IMG/VR virus record: IMGVR_UViG_3300045988_176929
DNA from: a virus
Length of the DNA stretch: 54,964 nt
Direction: 5' to 3' (one strand)
A program made the position numbers and the translations under genes. Positions 15,174 to 25,516 of this stretch are shown one piece after another. Position 1 is the stretch's first letter. Each line of letters begins with the position of its first letter. Below the pieces are notes generated by a model, which saw nothing but the letters and a program-made list of their open reading frames with translations, made no database searches and had not been told where the DNA came from.

Positions 15174-15240
15174 AATGTAACCTCGTTGAGGATTGCCACC
15201 ACCGGCATAAGGTGGATAAAATAGAAAGGAAAAAATAAAA

Positions 15241-15921
15241 ATGAGAAAAAAAAATTTAAAAGAAATTTTACCATTTAATCTTCAGTTTTTTGCTGAATCT
15301 GATTCTGGAAATGAACCTGATTCTGGAAATGAACCTGCAGATACAAATGGGGGACCGGACCAGGACGAACCTGGAGGGGAAAAGACCTTTACACAAAAGG
15401 AAGTAAATGCTATTATGGCAAAAGAAAAGAGGCAGGGAAAGAATTCTGTTTTAAAAAATCTTGGGTTTAATTCTGAAGAAGATGCCAAAAAAGCTTTTAA
15501 CTTGCTTAAAGCTTTAACTGATTCACAGAAGACTGCTGAACAGAAAGTAATTGATGAAAAGGATGAAGCTGCAAAAGGTAAGGATAAAGCTGAGGAAAGA
15601 GCTATTAAAGCAGAAAATAAATTAGCTTGTTTAATGGCTGGTGTTAGTAAGGATTGTATTGATGATGTTCTTGCTATTGCATCTGCAAAGGTTGATGAAG
15701 ATAATGAATTATCTGATGTTTTGGAGGATATGAAGAAAAACAAAAAGTATGCTTTGTTTTTTGAAGAATCTGATAAACAGGATGATGAAGTTAATGATGG
15801 CCACAAAGGGACAGGAGCTAAGCCTAAAAACAATAAAGGAAATAAGGATGAACCTGGTAACCTTGGGGAACGTTTAGCGAAAAATTCTTCTAAACCTGCA
15901 AAAAAGAGTAGTTATTTTTAA
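15241..15921 (+). CDS. Scaffolding protein (DUF4355-like)
   Basis: Acidic, coiled-coil-rich; EKTFTQKEVNAIMAKEKRQ motif; precedes the capsid genes; tandem DSGNEP x2 (15301-15336). Confidence 0.75.
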   Translation: MRKKNLKEILPFNLQFFAESDSGNEPDSGNEPADTNGGPDQDEPGGEKTFTQKEVNAIMAKEKRQGKNSVLKNLGFNSEEDAKKAFNLLKALTDSQKTAEQKVIDEKDEAAKGKDKAEERAIKAENKLACLMAGVSKDCIDDVLAIASAKVDEDNELSDVLEDMKKNKKYALFFEESDKQDDEVNDGHKGTGAKPKNNKGNKDEPGNLGERLAKNSSKPAKKSSYF

Positions 15922-15932
15922 GGAGGATTAAG

Positions 15933-16466
15933 ATGTTAAATCAGACAGGTGTTACAAAAGTATCTGGTGTTACAAGAAAAACCATCTTAGTTGATGAGTT
16001 AAACAGCACTGCATTTTCTTGTGTTGTTTCTAATGCCGGAGTTACTGCAAACAGTGAGGGTAGAAAGATTATTAAGGCGGGTACACCGCTTGTTGGTGAT
16101 CTTACAAACAGAAATGCTCCATTTGCAATTTCTGGTGCCTCTGTTGAATCTTATGTTAAGACTTCTGATTCTACTATCACTTCTGGTAAGGATTATTACA
16201 CAAGAAGTGATTCAAAACCGTATACTTACACAAAGGTTGAAAGTCCGCAGTTAAGTGACATTGGAACTTATTATGAAAAGGTTACTTCTACTGCTTCGAA
16301 TGTAGTAGGCCTTGCTCACCACGATGTTGATGTTACAAAAGGTCAAGCAAACAGTGGAGTTATTGTATTTGGTTTCATTGATGTAAGTAAACTTGATTCT
16401 GATGTTGTTTCAATGCTTACAAGTGATGTTAAATCAAAACTTAACATGATTAAGTTTGTAAAATAA
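15933..16466 (+). CDS. Head decoration or auxiliary capsid protein candidate
   Basis: 177-aa ORF between the scaffold and major capsid genes, with strong RBS. Confidence 0.45.
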   Translation: MLNQTGVTKVSGVTRKTILVDELNSTAFSCVVSNAGVTANSEGRKIIKAGTPLVGDLTNRNAPFAISGASVESYVKTSDSTITSGKDYYTRSDSKPYTYTKVESPQLSDIGTYYEKVTSTASNVVGLAHHDVDVTKGQANSGVIVFGFIDVSKLDSDVVSMLTSDVKSKLNMIKFVK

Positions 16467-16484
16467 TTAGGAGGAAAATTTTAA

Positions 16485-17525
16485 ATGGCAAGTATTTTTG
16501 GATTGGTTACATCTGAAAACATTGTTTCTTATTGGAATACAATGAATATGAATGAAACCGAAAATTTACTGGGTGAAGAGTTATGGCCCGATGAACAGAA
16601 GTTAGGCTTAGACCTTAAGTTTATCAAGGGTGCTTCCGGGTTACCGGTTGTATTAAAACCTTCTGCTTACGATGTTGTTGCATTAAAGAGAGACCGTATC
16701 GGATTTGAAAAGGTTGCAACTGAAATGCCGTTCTTCAAAGAGTCTACAATGATTGATGAAGAAATGAGACAGCAGTTAAATATGGTTCTTGAAACTGGAA
16801 ACCAGGCATACATTGATGCTATTCTTACAAGAGTATTTGATGATGAAATGACACTGCTTCGTGGTGCAAGAGCACAGCGTGAGAGAATGAGAATGTCTCT
16901 TTTAACAACTGGTGGTATTTCAATTTCTGCAAATGGCCAGGACTATGATTATGATTATGGCCTTAAAGATTATCAGAATGTAACTGTTAAAAAAGCATGG
17001 AGTGATCCTACTGCAGATATTATTACTGATATTGGGGAATGGATCCAGGATATTGTGGATCATACCGGGGTAAGACCTGAACGTGCTGTCCTTACTTCTA
17101 CAACATGGAAGTATTTCCGTAACAATAATCTTATCAGAAATGCAATTTGGGGAAATTACTCTGTTGCTCCTGTTTCTGCTGAAAAAGTATTATCTTATGT
17201 TGAAGATACCTTAAAGTTAAAGATTGCAAGATATGATAAAAAGTTCATTGATGAACAGGGTGCTATTAAGAATTATGTACCGGATGATTTGTTTGTACTT
17301 ATTCCTCCTGGAACACTTGGTAAAGGATGGTTTGGTACAACTCCTGAACAGTCTGATCTCATGTCAGGTGCTGCTGCAAATGTAGTTATTACTGATACCG
17401 GTGTTGCTGTTACAACTGTTAAGAAGACAGATCCTGTTAATGTTGATACAAAGGTTTCCATGATTTTCCTTCCTTCCTTCGAAGCAATGGATAATATTCT
17501 TATTGCTGATGTAAAAGGGGAATAA
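16485..17525 (+). CDS. Major capsid protein (capsid protein E-like)
   Basis: 346 aa, position and composition; strong AGGAGG RBS. Confidence 0.8.
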   Translation: MASIFGLVTSENIVSYWNTMNMNETENLLGEELWPDEQKLGLDLKFIKGASGLPVVLKPSAYDVVALKRDRIGFEKVATEMPFFKESTMIDEEMRQQLNMVLETGNQAYIDAILTRVFDDEMTLLRGARAQRERMRMSLLTTGGISISANGQDYDYDYGLKDYQNVTVKKAWSDPTADIITDIGEWIQDIVDHTGVRPERAVLTSTTWKYFRNNNLIRNAIWGNYSVAPVSAEKVLSYVEDTLKLKIARYDKKFIDEQGAIKNYVPDDLFVLIPPGTLGKGWFGTTPEQSDLMSGAAANVVITDTGVAVTTVKKTDPVNVDTKVSMIFLPSFEAMDNILIADVKGE

Positions 17526-17535
17526 GGAGGTAGTT

Positions 17536-17838
17536 ATGGTAAGAATTGGAAAAGGTGAAATGGAAAAGAGGGTTTCATTATCCTCTTTCCATAATTACTA
17601 TGAAAATGCCGGTTGGTTGATTTTGGATCATGTTGTTGAATCTTCATTTGAACAGGTTGATGAGAATGATGAAATACCTGATTCTGAATGGGATGAAGTT
17701 ATTGATGAGGAACCTGAAAAACCTTTATCTGAAATGAATCGGGAAGAATTAACAGCAAAAGCTGAATCTCTTGGTATTGATATTTCTGGATTAACAAAGA
17801 ATGCTCAGATCCGGGAGAAGATCAAGAGTTGTATGTAA
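17536..17838 (+). CDS. Rho_N/HeH-motif-containing head-associated protein
   Basis: C-terminal LSEMNREELTAKAESLGIDISGLTKNAQIREKI. Confidence 0.5.
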   Translation: MVRIGKGEMEKRVSLSSFHNYYENAGWLILDHVVESSFEQVDENDEIPDSEWDEVIDEEPEKPLSEMNREELTAKAESLGIDISGLTKNAQIREKIKSCM

Positions 17839-17851
17839 ATCTGGAGGTTAT

Positions 17852-18109
17852 ATGGAATTAAGTGCTATTGACAGACTGAAAATAGTACTTAGGGAAGAAG
17901 ACTGCCCGTTCTTTACGGATGATGAATTAGTTTTCTATCTTAATGAGAACGGGGGTGACTTTAATCAAACTGCTTACCAATGTTTGATTTTAAAATCCGA
18001 AAGTACTTCATTAGTTATGTCTGGTTTGGAGGTTGGTGATACTTCTAAATATTTTAGAAGGATTGCTCAAAGATACAGGACAAATAACTCTAGGGTTTTA
18101 GGAGAGTAA
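17852..18109 (+). CDS. Head-tail connector (gp6-like) candidate
   Basis: ATG after GGAGG; size and position. Confidence 0.5.
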   Translation: MELSAIDRLKIVLREEDCPFFTDDELVFYLNENGGDFNQTAYQCLILKSESTSLVMSGLEVGDTSKYFRRIAQRYRTNNSRVLGE

Positions 18110-18110
18110 A

Positions 18111-18500
18111 ATGTTAGTTGAAACGTATTTAAGAAACAAAATTAAAAGGCAAATTGATTGGAATGGTCAAGAGTTTGAATTTCTTAGATACAAACAAAAT
18201 GAATACCATGAGTTAACTGATGAAGTTGAGGAAAAATTTCTATTTAAAGGTATTTTCCATGAAGGTGGCGGTTACGGTGGTATGCTTAACATTGAATTGT
18301 ATGAAAGAGATGGGGCTAGAACCGTTTCAAAAATGAAACCTATGATACTTTGTTTATATGAAGATGCAAGAGGTCTTGATATGGACGATACAGTTCTCAT
18401 TGGTGATTGCAGATATCTTGTTGTTGAAAAGAATGATGTTAAGAATATGCATATTGCCTTTGAAATTTCATTGGAGATTGATAATGGCAGAGTTAGCTAG
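18111..18500 (+). CDS. Head closure / head-tail adaptor candidate
   Basis: 129 aa, position. Confidence 0.45.
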   Translation: MLVETYLRNKIKRQIDWNGQEFEFLRYKQNEYHELTDEVEEKFLFKGIFHEGGGYGGMLNIELYERDGARTVSKMKPMILCLYEDARGLDMDDTVLIGDCRYLVVEKNDVKNMHIAFEISLEIDNGRVS

Positions 18501-18858
18501 TGTTAGAGTTGATATTGAACCAGTTATGGTTGGTTTGAAAAGGTATCAAATTTTTGCAAGACAAAGAATAAATAGATATTTTGGTCAACAGGCAAGGGCA
18601 CTTGAAGCTTATATGAAAAGGGAAGCTAGATGGAATAATAGAACATGGCAAGCAAGAAATGGTTTACGAGCTGATGTTGTTGTTGATAGATTTGGTAATT
18701 CAAAAAATCAATATTATTCCATTTCCCTTTATCATACTGCTCCCCATGGATTATATCTTGAATTGGCTATGGAAAAAAGATTTGCTATTCTTGAACCTAC
18801 TGCCAGGCTTAAAGGTCCTGATGTTATAAGAGGAATGAAGGGGTTGTTTAATGAGTAG
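18484..18858 (+). CDS. HK97 gp10-like tail-completion/neck protein candidate
   Basis: ARALEAYMKREARWNNRTWQARNGL motif; in-frame ATG at 18484. Confidence 0.5.
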   Translation: MAELASVRVDIEPVMVGLKRYQIFARQRINRYFGQQARALEAYMKREARWNNRTWQARNGLRADVVVDRFGNSKNQYYSISLYHTAPHGLYLELAMEKRFAILEPTARLKGPDVIRGMKGLFNE

Positions 18859-19225
18859 TGAACAGAAAAATGTGTGGGAATTAACTTCTGATGCTCTTAC
18901 CGAGGCAGGTATTGATAATTACCCACCTGGGATTAAAAAAGGAACTTGTAAAAGCAAGTATGTTGTGTTTAAGCAGGATGGAAGTTCACAAATTGGAAGT
19001 ATTTCTTCTGAAGTTGTTTATTATGTTTTCATGCTGTATGTACCACAAAATGAATATTCTTCTCTTAGTGATTTTGAAGAGAAGGTTAGAGAAGTACTTA
19101 ATGAAAAAATGTACCCAACATTGATCCCGACAGGATCTAAACAAACTGACTACTTTGATGATAATTTGGATGCCCATATGAGATCATTTACTTATCGTAA
19201 TAGTGTCAGGAATCCAAAATTATAA
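18851..19225 (+). CDS. Neck/tail terminator candidate
   Basis: 124 aa, position before the major tail gene. Confidence 0.4.
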   Translation: MSSEQKNVWELTSDALTEAGIDNYPPGIKKGTCKSKYVVFKQDGSSQIGSISSEVVYYVFMLYVPQNEYSSLSDFEEKVREVLNEKMYPTLIPTGSKQTDYFDDNLDAHMRSFTYRNSVRNPKL

Positions 19226-19237
19226 GGAGGAAGGAAA

Positions 19238-19813
19238 ATGGCTAACGAAAAGCTTAAAGGTAATGAGATTGCTACTATTGATTGTGCAATGGTTACTTTC
19301 CAGGGTTATGAAGTTGATGCTGATGAGTTACTTGTTGAAACATCAAATAAGATTGAAGTTACTATTGGTACTGAGACAACTGATGCTGTTAAACTTATTG
19401 TTAAAAATAAATTAATTGCACAGAAGCCTCAGCAGACTGTTGTTACCGGTAATACAATTGTCCTTACGGATAATGTATTTAACGACAAATTGGTGGTTAT
19501 GTTACAGGGTGGTACTGTTACTTATGAAGAAGATGGTAAAACATTTAAGAAGTATGTACCTCCTGTTGCGGGATCAAATGTAAAGCCTAAGATTTTTAAG
19601 GTAAATGCTTATTCTGCAATTTATAATGCAGCTGGTATTTGTACTGGTTATGAAAAGATAATATATCCTAACTGCCAGGGTGTACCTGTTGCATTTAGTT
19701 CAGAGGATGGCGTATTCCGTGTTTCACAATATACAATTAATTCTGCACCTAATACTGGGGAAGCACCTTATGAAATTGAAATTGTAAGTGCATTACCGGA
19801 AGCAACAGTATAA
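19238..19813 (+). CDS. Major tail protein
   Basis: 191 aa, strong RBS, position upstream of the chaperone and tape measure. Confidence 0.7.
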   Translation: MANEKLKGNEIATIDCAMVTFQGYEVDADELLVETSNKIEVTIGTETTDAVKLIVKNKLIAQKPQQTVVTGNTIVLTDNVFNDKLVVMLQGGTVTYEEDGKTFKKYVPPVAGSNVKPKIFKVNAYSAIYNAAGICTGYEKIIYPNCQGVPVAFSSEDGVFRVSQYTINSAPNTGEAPYEIEIVSALPEATV

Positions 19814-19835
19814 TATAATTGGAGGAAAATGTAAA

Positions 19836-20249
19836 ATGGAAGAAAATATGTTAAAAGTAACCTCGATTGAGGATTTGAAAAGAATTAGTGAAGGGGAGTT
19901 GGTTCAGCTTCCTAATTTCTCTGAAAATGTACCTTTTGTTGCAAGATTAAAAAGGCCATCAATGTTGGCATTAATTAAGACAGGTAAGATACCAAATGAG
20001 TTGCTTGATGAAGCAAATGGTTTGTTTACAAATGGTGTTTCAAAAACAATTAATTCTTCCCTTGATAAGGAAGTTATGATTAAGATGTTTGACTTGTTTG
20101 AAACTATTTGTGAAGAGTCACTTGTTGAACCGTCTTACAGAAGTCTTAAAGAAGCAGGTATTACTTTGACTGATGAACAGCAGATGGCAATTTTTAGTTA
20201 TACGCAAAGCGGGGTAAGAGCCCTTAAACCCTTTCGTCAGGAACGGTGA
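19836..20249 (+). CDS. Tail assembly chaperone (G-like)
   Basis: ATG after GGAGGA; position directly before the tape measure. Confidence 0.65.
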   Translation: MEENMLKVTSIEDLKRISEGELVQLPNFSENVPFVARLKRPSMLALIKTGKIPNELLDEANGLFTNGVSKTINSSLDKEVMIKMFDLFETICEESLVEPSYRSLKEAGITLTDEQQMAIFSYTQSGVRALKPFRQER

Positions 20250-20277
20250 AGTTCTTAGAATAATAGGTATTTGTAAA

Positions 20278-20463
20278 ATGCTGGATATGCACGTCCGCCC
20301 ATCCCAAATAGTGGGAATTGATGATGCATATACAGCATTTTGTTTTGATGAAGCTTGTGCATTAATTGTTACAAAACTTCAAAACAAGGAAATCCCTATA
20401 ATTAAAGAGGAAAATGAAAGTACTTATACAAAGCCATCTGATGTTTATAAAAAATTTCAGTAA
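20278..20463 (+). CDS. Tail assembly chaperone extension (GT-like), frame open from 20218
   Basis: +1 frame relative to the chaperone; overlap window 20218-20249; no RBS of its own. Confidence 0.45.
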   Translation: MLDMHVRPSQIVGIDDAYTAFCFDEACALIVTKLQNKEIPIIKEENESTYTKPSDVYKKFQ

Positions 20464-20481
20464 TAAGAAAGGAGGATTCTG

Positions 20482-23379
20482 ATGGGCTTTTCTGGTGTAG
20501 GATTTGATGTAGGAACAGCTGTTGCTTATTTGGATTTGAATACAATGGCATTTAATCGGGCATTGGAAGAGTCCCAAAGAATGTTCCAAACATTTGCTGA
20601 TGATTCAGCTACTGCTGCACAGAAGTGGCAAACAGTTGGACAAAACCTTACTAATTTTGGTACTGGTCTTACACAAAATGTTACATTACCACTTGCAAAT
20701 TTAGCACAAAGTGCAATACAATCATATAGAGATTATGAATCTGCTTTTGCAGGTGTTAAGAAAACTGTTGAATTAACAGAGGATGATATGTCTAAACTAG
20801 GTGTAACATGGGATGATCTTTCAAATATTATTGTTAAGATGGCCCAAAGAACAGCTAGTTCATCGGAAGAAATTGCAGGTGTAATGGAAATTGCAGGGCA
20901 GTTAGGTGTTCCTTTAGGGCAAGGTGGTAAAGATATTGAAAAGTTTACTGAAACAATGGTTATGTTAGGTGACTCTACAAATTTATCTGCTGCTGAAGCC
21001 GCTGATGCTCTTGCAAGATTTGAAAATATTACAGGTGGTAGTGTTGGAAATATTGACAGATTAGGTTCTGCTGTTGTATCATTGGGTAATAACTTTGCAA
21101 CAAATGAAGATGAGATTGTTATGATGAGTACTCGTCTTGCTTCTGCTGGTACAATTGCAGGTTTGTCTGAAACTGAAATATTGGCATTAGCTACTGCAAT
21201 GACTTCTGTTGGTATAAAAGCTGAAGCTGGTGGTACTGCAATGTCCCAAACCTTATCAAAGGTTACTGAGATAATTGCACAAGCTACTGATACAACAAGC
21301 GCTGGATCAGCTGAGGCTAGTGAGAAACTTAATTTGTTAGCTAAAACTGCAGGCATGACTTCTGATGAGTTTGTTAATACTTGGAAGAATGAACCTATAG
21401 AAGCTATTAGTGCTTTTATTGGCGGTTTAGGTAAAATGTCAGATAATGCTGAGGAAACTGTTTTAACACTTGATGAATTAGGTTTTACTGGTATTAGACA
21501 AAGTAATATGTTAAGATCATTAGCATTGTCTTCTGAAAATATGGCATCTGCATTAGATGTTTCAAATAAAGCTTATGAAGAAAATACTGCTTTATCTGAT
21601 GAGGCTAATAAAAGGTATGAAACAATGGATTCTAGAATTAATCAGTTAAATGAACGTTGGAAGGAAATGAAGCGTGATTTAGCTGAAATACTTATTCCAA
21701 TACTTGAACAATTAATGGATATTTTGGAAAAAGTTATTGATTGGTGGATGAGTCTTGATGAGGAAACTAAACAATCCATTGTAAACTTTGCATTGTTTTT
21801 AGCTGCATTAGGACCTGTATTATCAATACTTGGGAATGTTGTTACTTTAATTAGCAATATAGTAAATGTTGTTAAAATGGTTAAAGGTTTAGGTATAATA
21901 AAAGGATTGGGAAATGTAGTAACTGCTGTAAAAGGGGTTGTTACTAATATAGGATCAATAGGGGCAGTTATAAGTAAGGTTATTGAATTTATAGGTGGAT
22001 TTATTTCAAAAATTAGTGGTATAGGTTTAGTAATTGGTGGGGCTATAACTGCTGTTAAGAATTTTGTTGATATGTGGGAAAATGGATGGAGTGCAATAAA
22101 AACAATACTTGAAGCATTAGGTATTGCATTAGCAACTATTGGAGCTATTTTATTGGGGGCACCTGCACTTATTGCTGCAATTGTAGCAGCTGTTGTTTTT
22201 GCATTATCACAAATAGTTATTTTAGTTAAAGATAATTGGGATGCTATTGTACAATTCTTTAAAGATGGTTGGGAAAATATAAAAGCTTTAGGAGCAACAA
22301 TTTGGGAATCTATAAAATATTTCTTTAATGATATACTTGGTGGAGCAATAGAATTTCTTGGAAACTTATTTTCTTCTATTGGGGAGTTTATAGGAAATGT
22401 GCTTGGTATTATTGGTGAGTTCTTTTCAAATATTTGGGGCAAGATAGTTGTATTTTTCTCAGATACATGGAATAAAATAACTAGTTTCTTTTCTGATGTA
22501 TGGGAAAAGATTTTTGCATTTCTATCTGACATTTGGGGTAAAGTTTCTGGATTCTTTTCTGATGTATGGAGTAAACTTGCTGAATTTGTTTCCAACATTG
22601 TAAGTAAAGTTGTTGGCTTTTTCTCTGATGTTACAAATAGGGTTGCTGAATTTATAACATCTGTTGTTTCCAAAGTTGTTGTATTTTTTGCTGATATTAT
22701 ATCAAAAATTGTATCAAATATATCAACTATTGTTTCCAAAGTTGTTGGTTTTTTCTCAGATATAATTGGCAGAGTTGCTTCGTTTATTTCTGATGTTCTT
22801 GGTAAGTTGGGTTCGTTTGCTGGAAATGTTTTACAAAAAGCTATAACAATTGGATCGAATTTACTTAATGGTATATGGGGTAAAATAAAAGAAATTCCTG
22901 GTAAAGTTAGTGGACTGTTTAATAATATACTGAATTTCTTATCCGGGTTGTATAACAAATTCTTTGGTTCTGGACAAAATATGTTCCAAGGTTTATGGAA
23001 TGGATTGAAATCTATTTGGGATTCTATATGGGGGTGGTTGCAAGGTATTTGGGATAAAGTTACTGGATTCTTTAGTAATCTTTGGGGAACTATTTCAGGT
23101 GGTGTTGGTTCTTTCTTTAATGGATCCCATGCAAATGGTTTAACATATGTTCCTTATAATGGTTATATTGCACAATTACATGAAGGGGAACGGGTGTTGA
23201 CAAAACAGGAGGCAAGGGATTATAATAATGATAAAGGTAGTAGTGGTGGTGGGGATATTTATAATTTCTATAATACGAAACCTGATCCATATGAGTATTC
23301 CCGTCAAATGAGGATTGCAAAAATAAAGCAAAGTATGAATCAGGATTCACCGTCTGAAACATCACCAATTTATGTATAA
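20482..23379 (+). CDS. Tape measure protein
   Basis: 965 aa with TM-like central segments and long 11-residue repeats. Confidence 0.9.
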   Translation: MGFSGVGFDVGTAVAYLDLNTMAFNRALEESQRMFQTFADDSATAAQKWQTVGQNLTNFGTGLTQNVTLPLANLAQSAIQSYRDYESAFAGVKKTVELTEDDMSKLGVTWDDLSNIIVKMAQRTASSSEEIAGVMEIAGQLGVPLGQGGKDIEKFTETMVMLGDSTNLSAAEAADALARFENITGGSVGNIDRLGSAVVSLGNNFATNEDEIVMMSTRLASAGTIAGLSETEILALATAMTSVGIKAEAGGTAMSQTLSKVTEIIAQATDTTSAGSAEASEKLNLLAKTAGMTSDEFVNTWKNEPIEAISAFIGGLGKMSDNAEETVLTLDELGFTGIRQSNMLRSLALSSENMASALDVSNKAYEENTALSDEANKRYETMDSRINQLNERWKEMKRDLAEILIPILEQLMDILEKVIDWWMSLDEETKQSIVNFALFLAALGPVLSILGNVVTLISNIVNVVKMVKGLGIIKGLGNVVTAVKGVVTNIGSIGAVISKVIEFIGGFISKISGIGLVIGGAITAVKNFVDMWENGWSAIKTILEALGIALATIGAILLGAPALIAAIVAAVVFALSQIVILVKDNWDAIVQFFKDGWENIKALGATIWESIKYFFNDILGGAIEFLGNLFSSIGEFIGNVLGIIGEFFSNIWGKIVVFFSDTWNKITSFFSDVWEKIFAFLSDIWGKVSGFFSDVWSKLAEFVSNIVSKVVGFFSDVTNRVAEFITSVVSKVVVFFADIISKIVSNISTIVSKVVGFFSDIIGRVASFISDVLGKLGSFAGNVLQKAITIGSNLLNGIWGKIKEIPGKVSGLFNNILNFLSGLYNKFFGSGQNMFQGLWNGLKSIWDSIWGWLQGIWDKVTGFFSNLWGTISGGVGSFFNGSHANGLTYVPYNGYIAQLHEGERVLTKQEARDYNNDKGSSGGGDIYNFYNTKPDPYEYSRQMRIAKIKQSMNQDSPSETSPIYV
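22321..22830 (+). repeat. About 14 tandem 33-nt (11-aa) repeats inside the tape measure
   Basis: FFSDVWEKIFA / FLSDIWGKVSG / FFSDVWSKLAE and similar units. Confidence 0.8.
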
Positions 23380-23396
23380 TAGTGAGGTGTGAGTAA

Positions 23397-24347
23397 ATGA
23401 TTTCAGGATTTATAATTGAAAATCTTACAACCCAAGAACAAGTTACAATGGGTTTAACCACTGATAATCAATATTTATATAAAGAAGGTGGTGTTAATTG
23501 GGGAAGTGTTCCTGCTACACATAACACTTATAATTATCCAAGACAAGTTGGTGTTTCTATTTCTTCAACAAAAATAAATACAAGGGACATATCAATAGAA
23601 GGTTATGTTTATTATATGTTAAATGATGATGAAAGAAAAACTGTTGAAAGAAATGGAATTGCTGAATATATTCATAGAAGAATTAAAGAAAAAAAGAAAG
23701 TGTTAAGTGATTTAATTAATCCTGACGATTACCTTAGATTGTATATCGGGGATTATTATATTGAAGGTAAACCTTCTAGCTCTATTGAATTTGGAAAGGA
23801 TATGCAGGATAATAACGAATACTTTTGTAAATTTGCAATATTTATTTTTTGTGCTAATCCTATGTTTAAAAAATCAACGATTATTAGGACTACAATTGCA
23901 GGTAGTACACCTGCATTCCATTTCCCAATGATATTTTCTAGAACCCAAAGAGGCATTATGAGTACAAGAGTTAATTATCTTATGTTAGCTGTACAAAATG
24001 AAGGTAATGTTGCAATAGGTGGTAGGATTATATTAAAAGCAAAAGGGGAGGTACTTAATCCAAGTATTGAAAATACAAATACAAAAGAAAAAATTGTTGT
24101 CAATAAAAAACTTGAATCTGGTGAGAAAGTTGTTATAAATACTGTAAAAGGTAAAGAACGTGGAATTACTGGTTTTTATAAAGGTGTTGAAAGAAGTTAT
24201 CTTGAATATTGGAATTATGAAAATTCTTGGTTTGAATTTCAAAAAGGATTAACTATTGTTGGTTATTCAACTGAAAACTCATCTGAAAGTTTGCTTGATG
24301 TTTCTATTGAAATTAATCCAGAAAAATATGCACTGGAGGATATGTGA
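23397..24347 (+). CDS. Distal tail protein (Dit)
   Basis: 316 aa immediately after the tape measure. Confidence 0.65.
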   Translation: MISGFIIENLTTQEQVTMGLTTDNQYLYKEGGVNWGSVPATHNTYNYPRQVGVSISSTKINTRDISIEGYVYYMLNDDERKTVERNGIAEYIHRRIKEKKKVLSDLINPDDYLRLYIGDYYIEGKPSSSIEFGKDMQDNNEYFCKFAIFIFCANPMFKKSTIIRTTIAGSTPAFHFPMIFSRTQRGIMSTRVNYLMLAVQNEGNVAIGGRIILKAKGEVLNPSIENTNTKEKIVVNKKLESGEKVVINTVKGKERGITGFYKGVERSYLEYWNYENSWFEFQKGLTIVGYSTENSSESLLDVSIEINPEKYALEDM

Positions 24348-25516
24348 TGAAACTTGAAATATTTAATCATGCAAATAGAACAAGAAATGATATTATTAGA
24401 ACTTATACTTACGTGCAATACACGGAACAATTTAATGATGTTGGAAACTTTATATTAAGAGTTCCGTGGACTGATGAATCAATACTTTTTATTCAATATA
24501 ATAATTACATTCTTTTTGATGATGGCATAATGGGTGTAATTAGAGCAATAAGTATTACAGAAGAAGAAGGAAATGAATTAGAAATTAGTGGTTATTTGCT
24601 CAATGGAATGTTGAGCAAAAGATCTTTTCTTTTAACTACCTCTTATTATGATACTATTTCAAATATTGCACGTAGCATGGTTACTGATCTTGTTATAAAT
24701 CCAGAGAATATTGAAAGAAGAATTAAGTTTATTAAATTGTCAACTGATAGTAAATATAATCCTACATTTACAAATAAGATAAGAGTTCAAAATACTGGGG
24801 ATAAGTTGAATGAAGTGATACAGGAAATGTTTATTACTGAAAATCTTGGTTATAAACTTTACCCTAATATTAAGAATTATAATCAATCAACTGGGGAAGG
24901 TTATAATTTTGAAAGTGCTGATTTTAGAATTATAAAACCAGCTGATAGATCAAATGGTAATACAGAAGGTAATGAGCCTGTTGTTTTTTCTTTTGAGTTA
25001 AATAATTTGCAGAAGTTATTTTATGCCGAAGATGGTACTGATTATAATACAATTGCCATTGTTGCATCTGAAGGTGTTGGTACTTCTAGGAAAATAATTA
25101 CAGTAGGGGATGAAACTTTTACAGGGGAGTTAAGGGATGAGTTGTATGTAGATGCAAGGGATTTACAATCAGAAGATTCAGATGGTAATAAAATTACTGA
25201 TGAAGAATTAGAGGGGTTAATGATCCAAAGAGGTAATGAAAAACTTGAGGAACATCAAAAGTTTATTTCATTAAATGCAACAGTAATAACCCAGGAAACT
25301 AATTTTGAATATGGTAAGGACTTCTTTCTTGGGGACTTTGTTACTGTTATGAGTAAAACATTGAATAGGGAGTTTAAACTTCAAATAACAGAAGCAATTA
25401 AAACAATATCTGATGGTGTTGAACATTTAGATTTTTCTTTTGGTTATGATAAAGTTCAGGTAACTAAATTGTTTAAGGGAGGTAAAGATTATGTCCGAAA
25501 CAAGTGGGTTTTTTGA
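24347..25516 (+). CDS. Tail-associated protein (Tal / prophage-tail endopeptidase-like)
   Basis: Position after Dit; 389 aa. Confidence 0.6.
   Translation: MKLEIFNHANRTRNDIIRTYTYVQYTEQFNDVGNFILRVPWTDESILFIQYNNYILFDDGIMGVIRAISITEEEGNELEISGYLLNGMLSKRSFLLTTSYYDTISNIARSMVTDLVINPENIERRIKFIKLSTDSKYNPTFTNKIRVQNTGDKLNEVIQEMFITENLGYKLYPNIKNYNQSTGEGYNFESADFRIIKPADRSNGNTEGNEPVVFSFELNNLQKLFYAEDGTDYNTIAIVASEGVGTSRKIITVGDETFTGELRDELYVDARDLQSEDSDGNKITDEELEGLMIQRGNEKLEEHQKFISLNATVITQETNFEYGKDFFLGDFVTVMSKTLNREFKLQITEAIKTISDGVEHLDFSFGYDKVQVTKLFKGGKDYVRNKWVF

Noticed and set aside
20733-22958. Long minus-strand ORFs (20733..21356, 21642..22958) inside the tape measure gene. Similar antisense ORFs occur at 15282..15833, 39849..40253, 42889..43389 and 2353..2658.
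   Set aside because: They lie entirely antisense to strongly supported + strand genes and have no RBS. Their low-complexity mirror composition is typical of antisense frames of repetitive genes.
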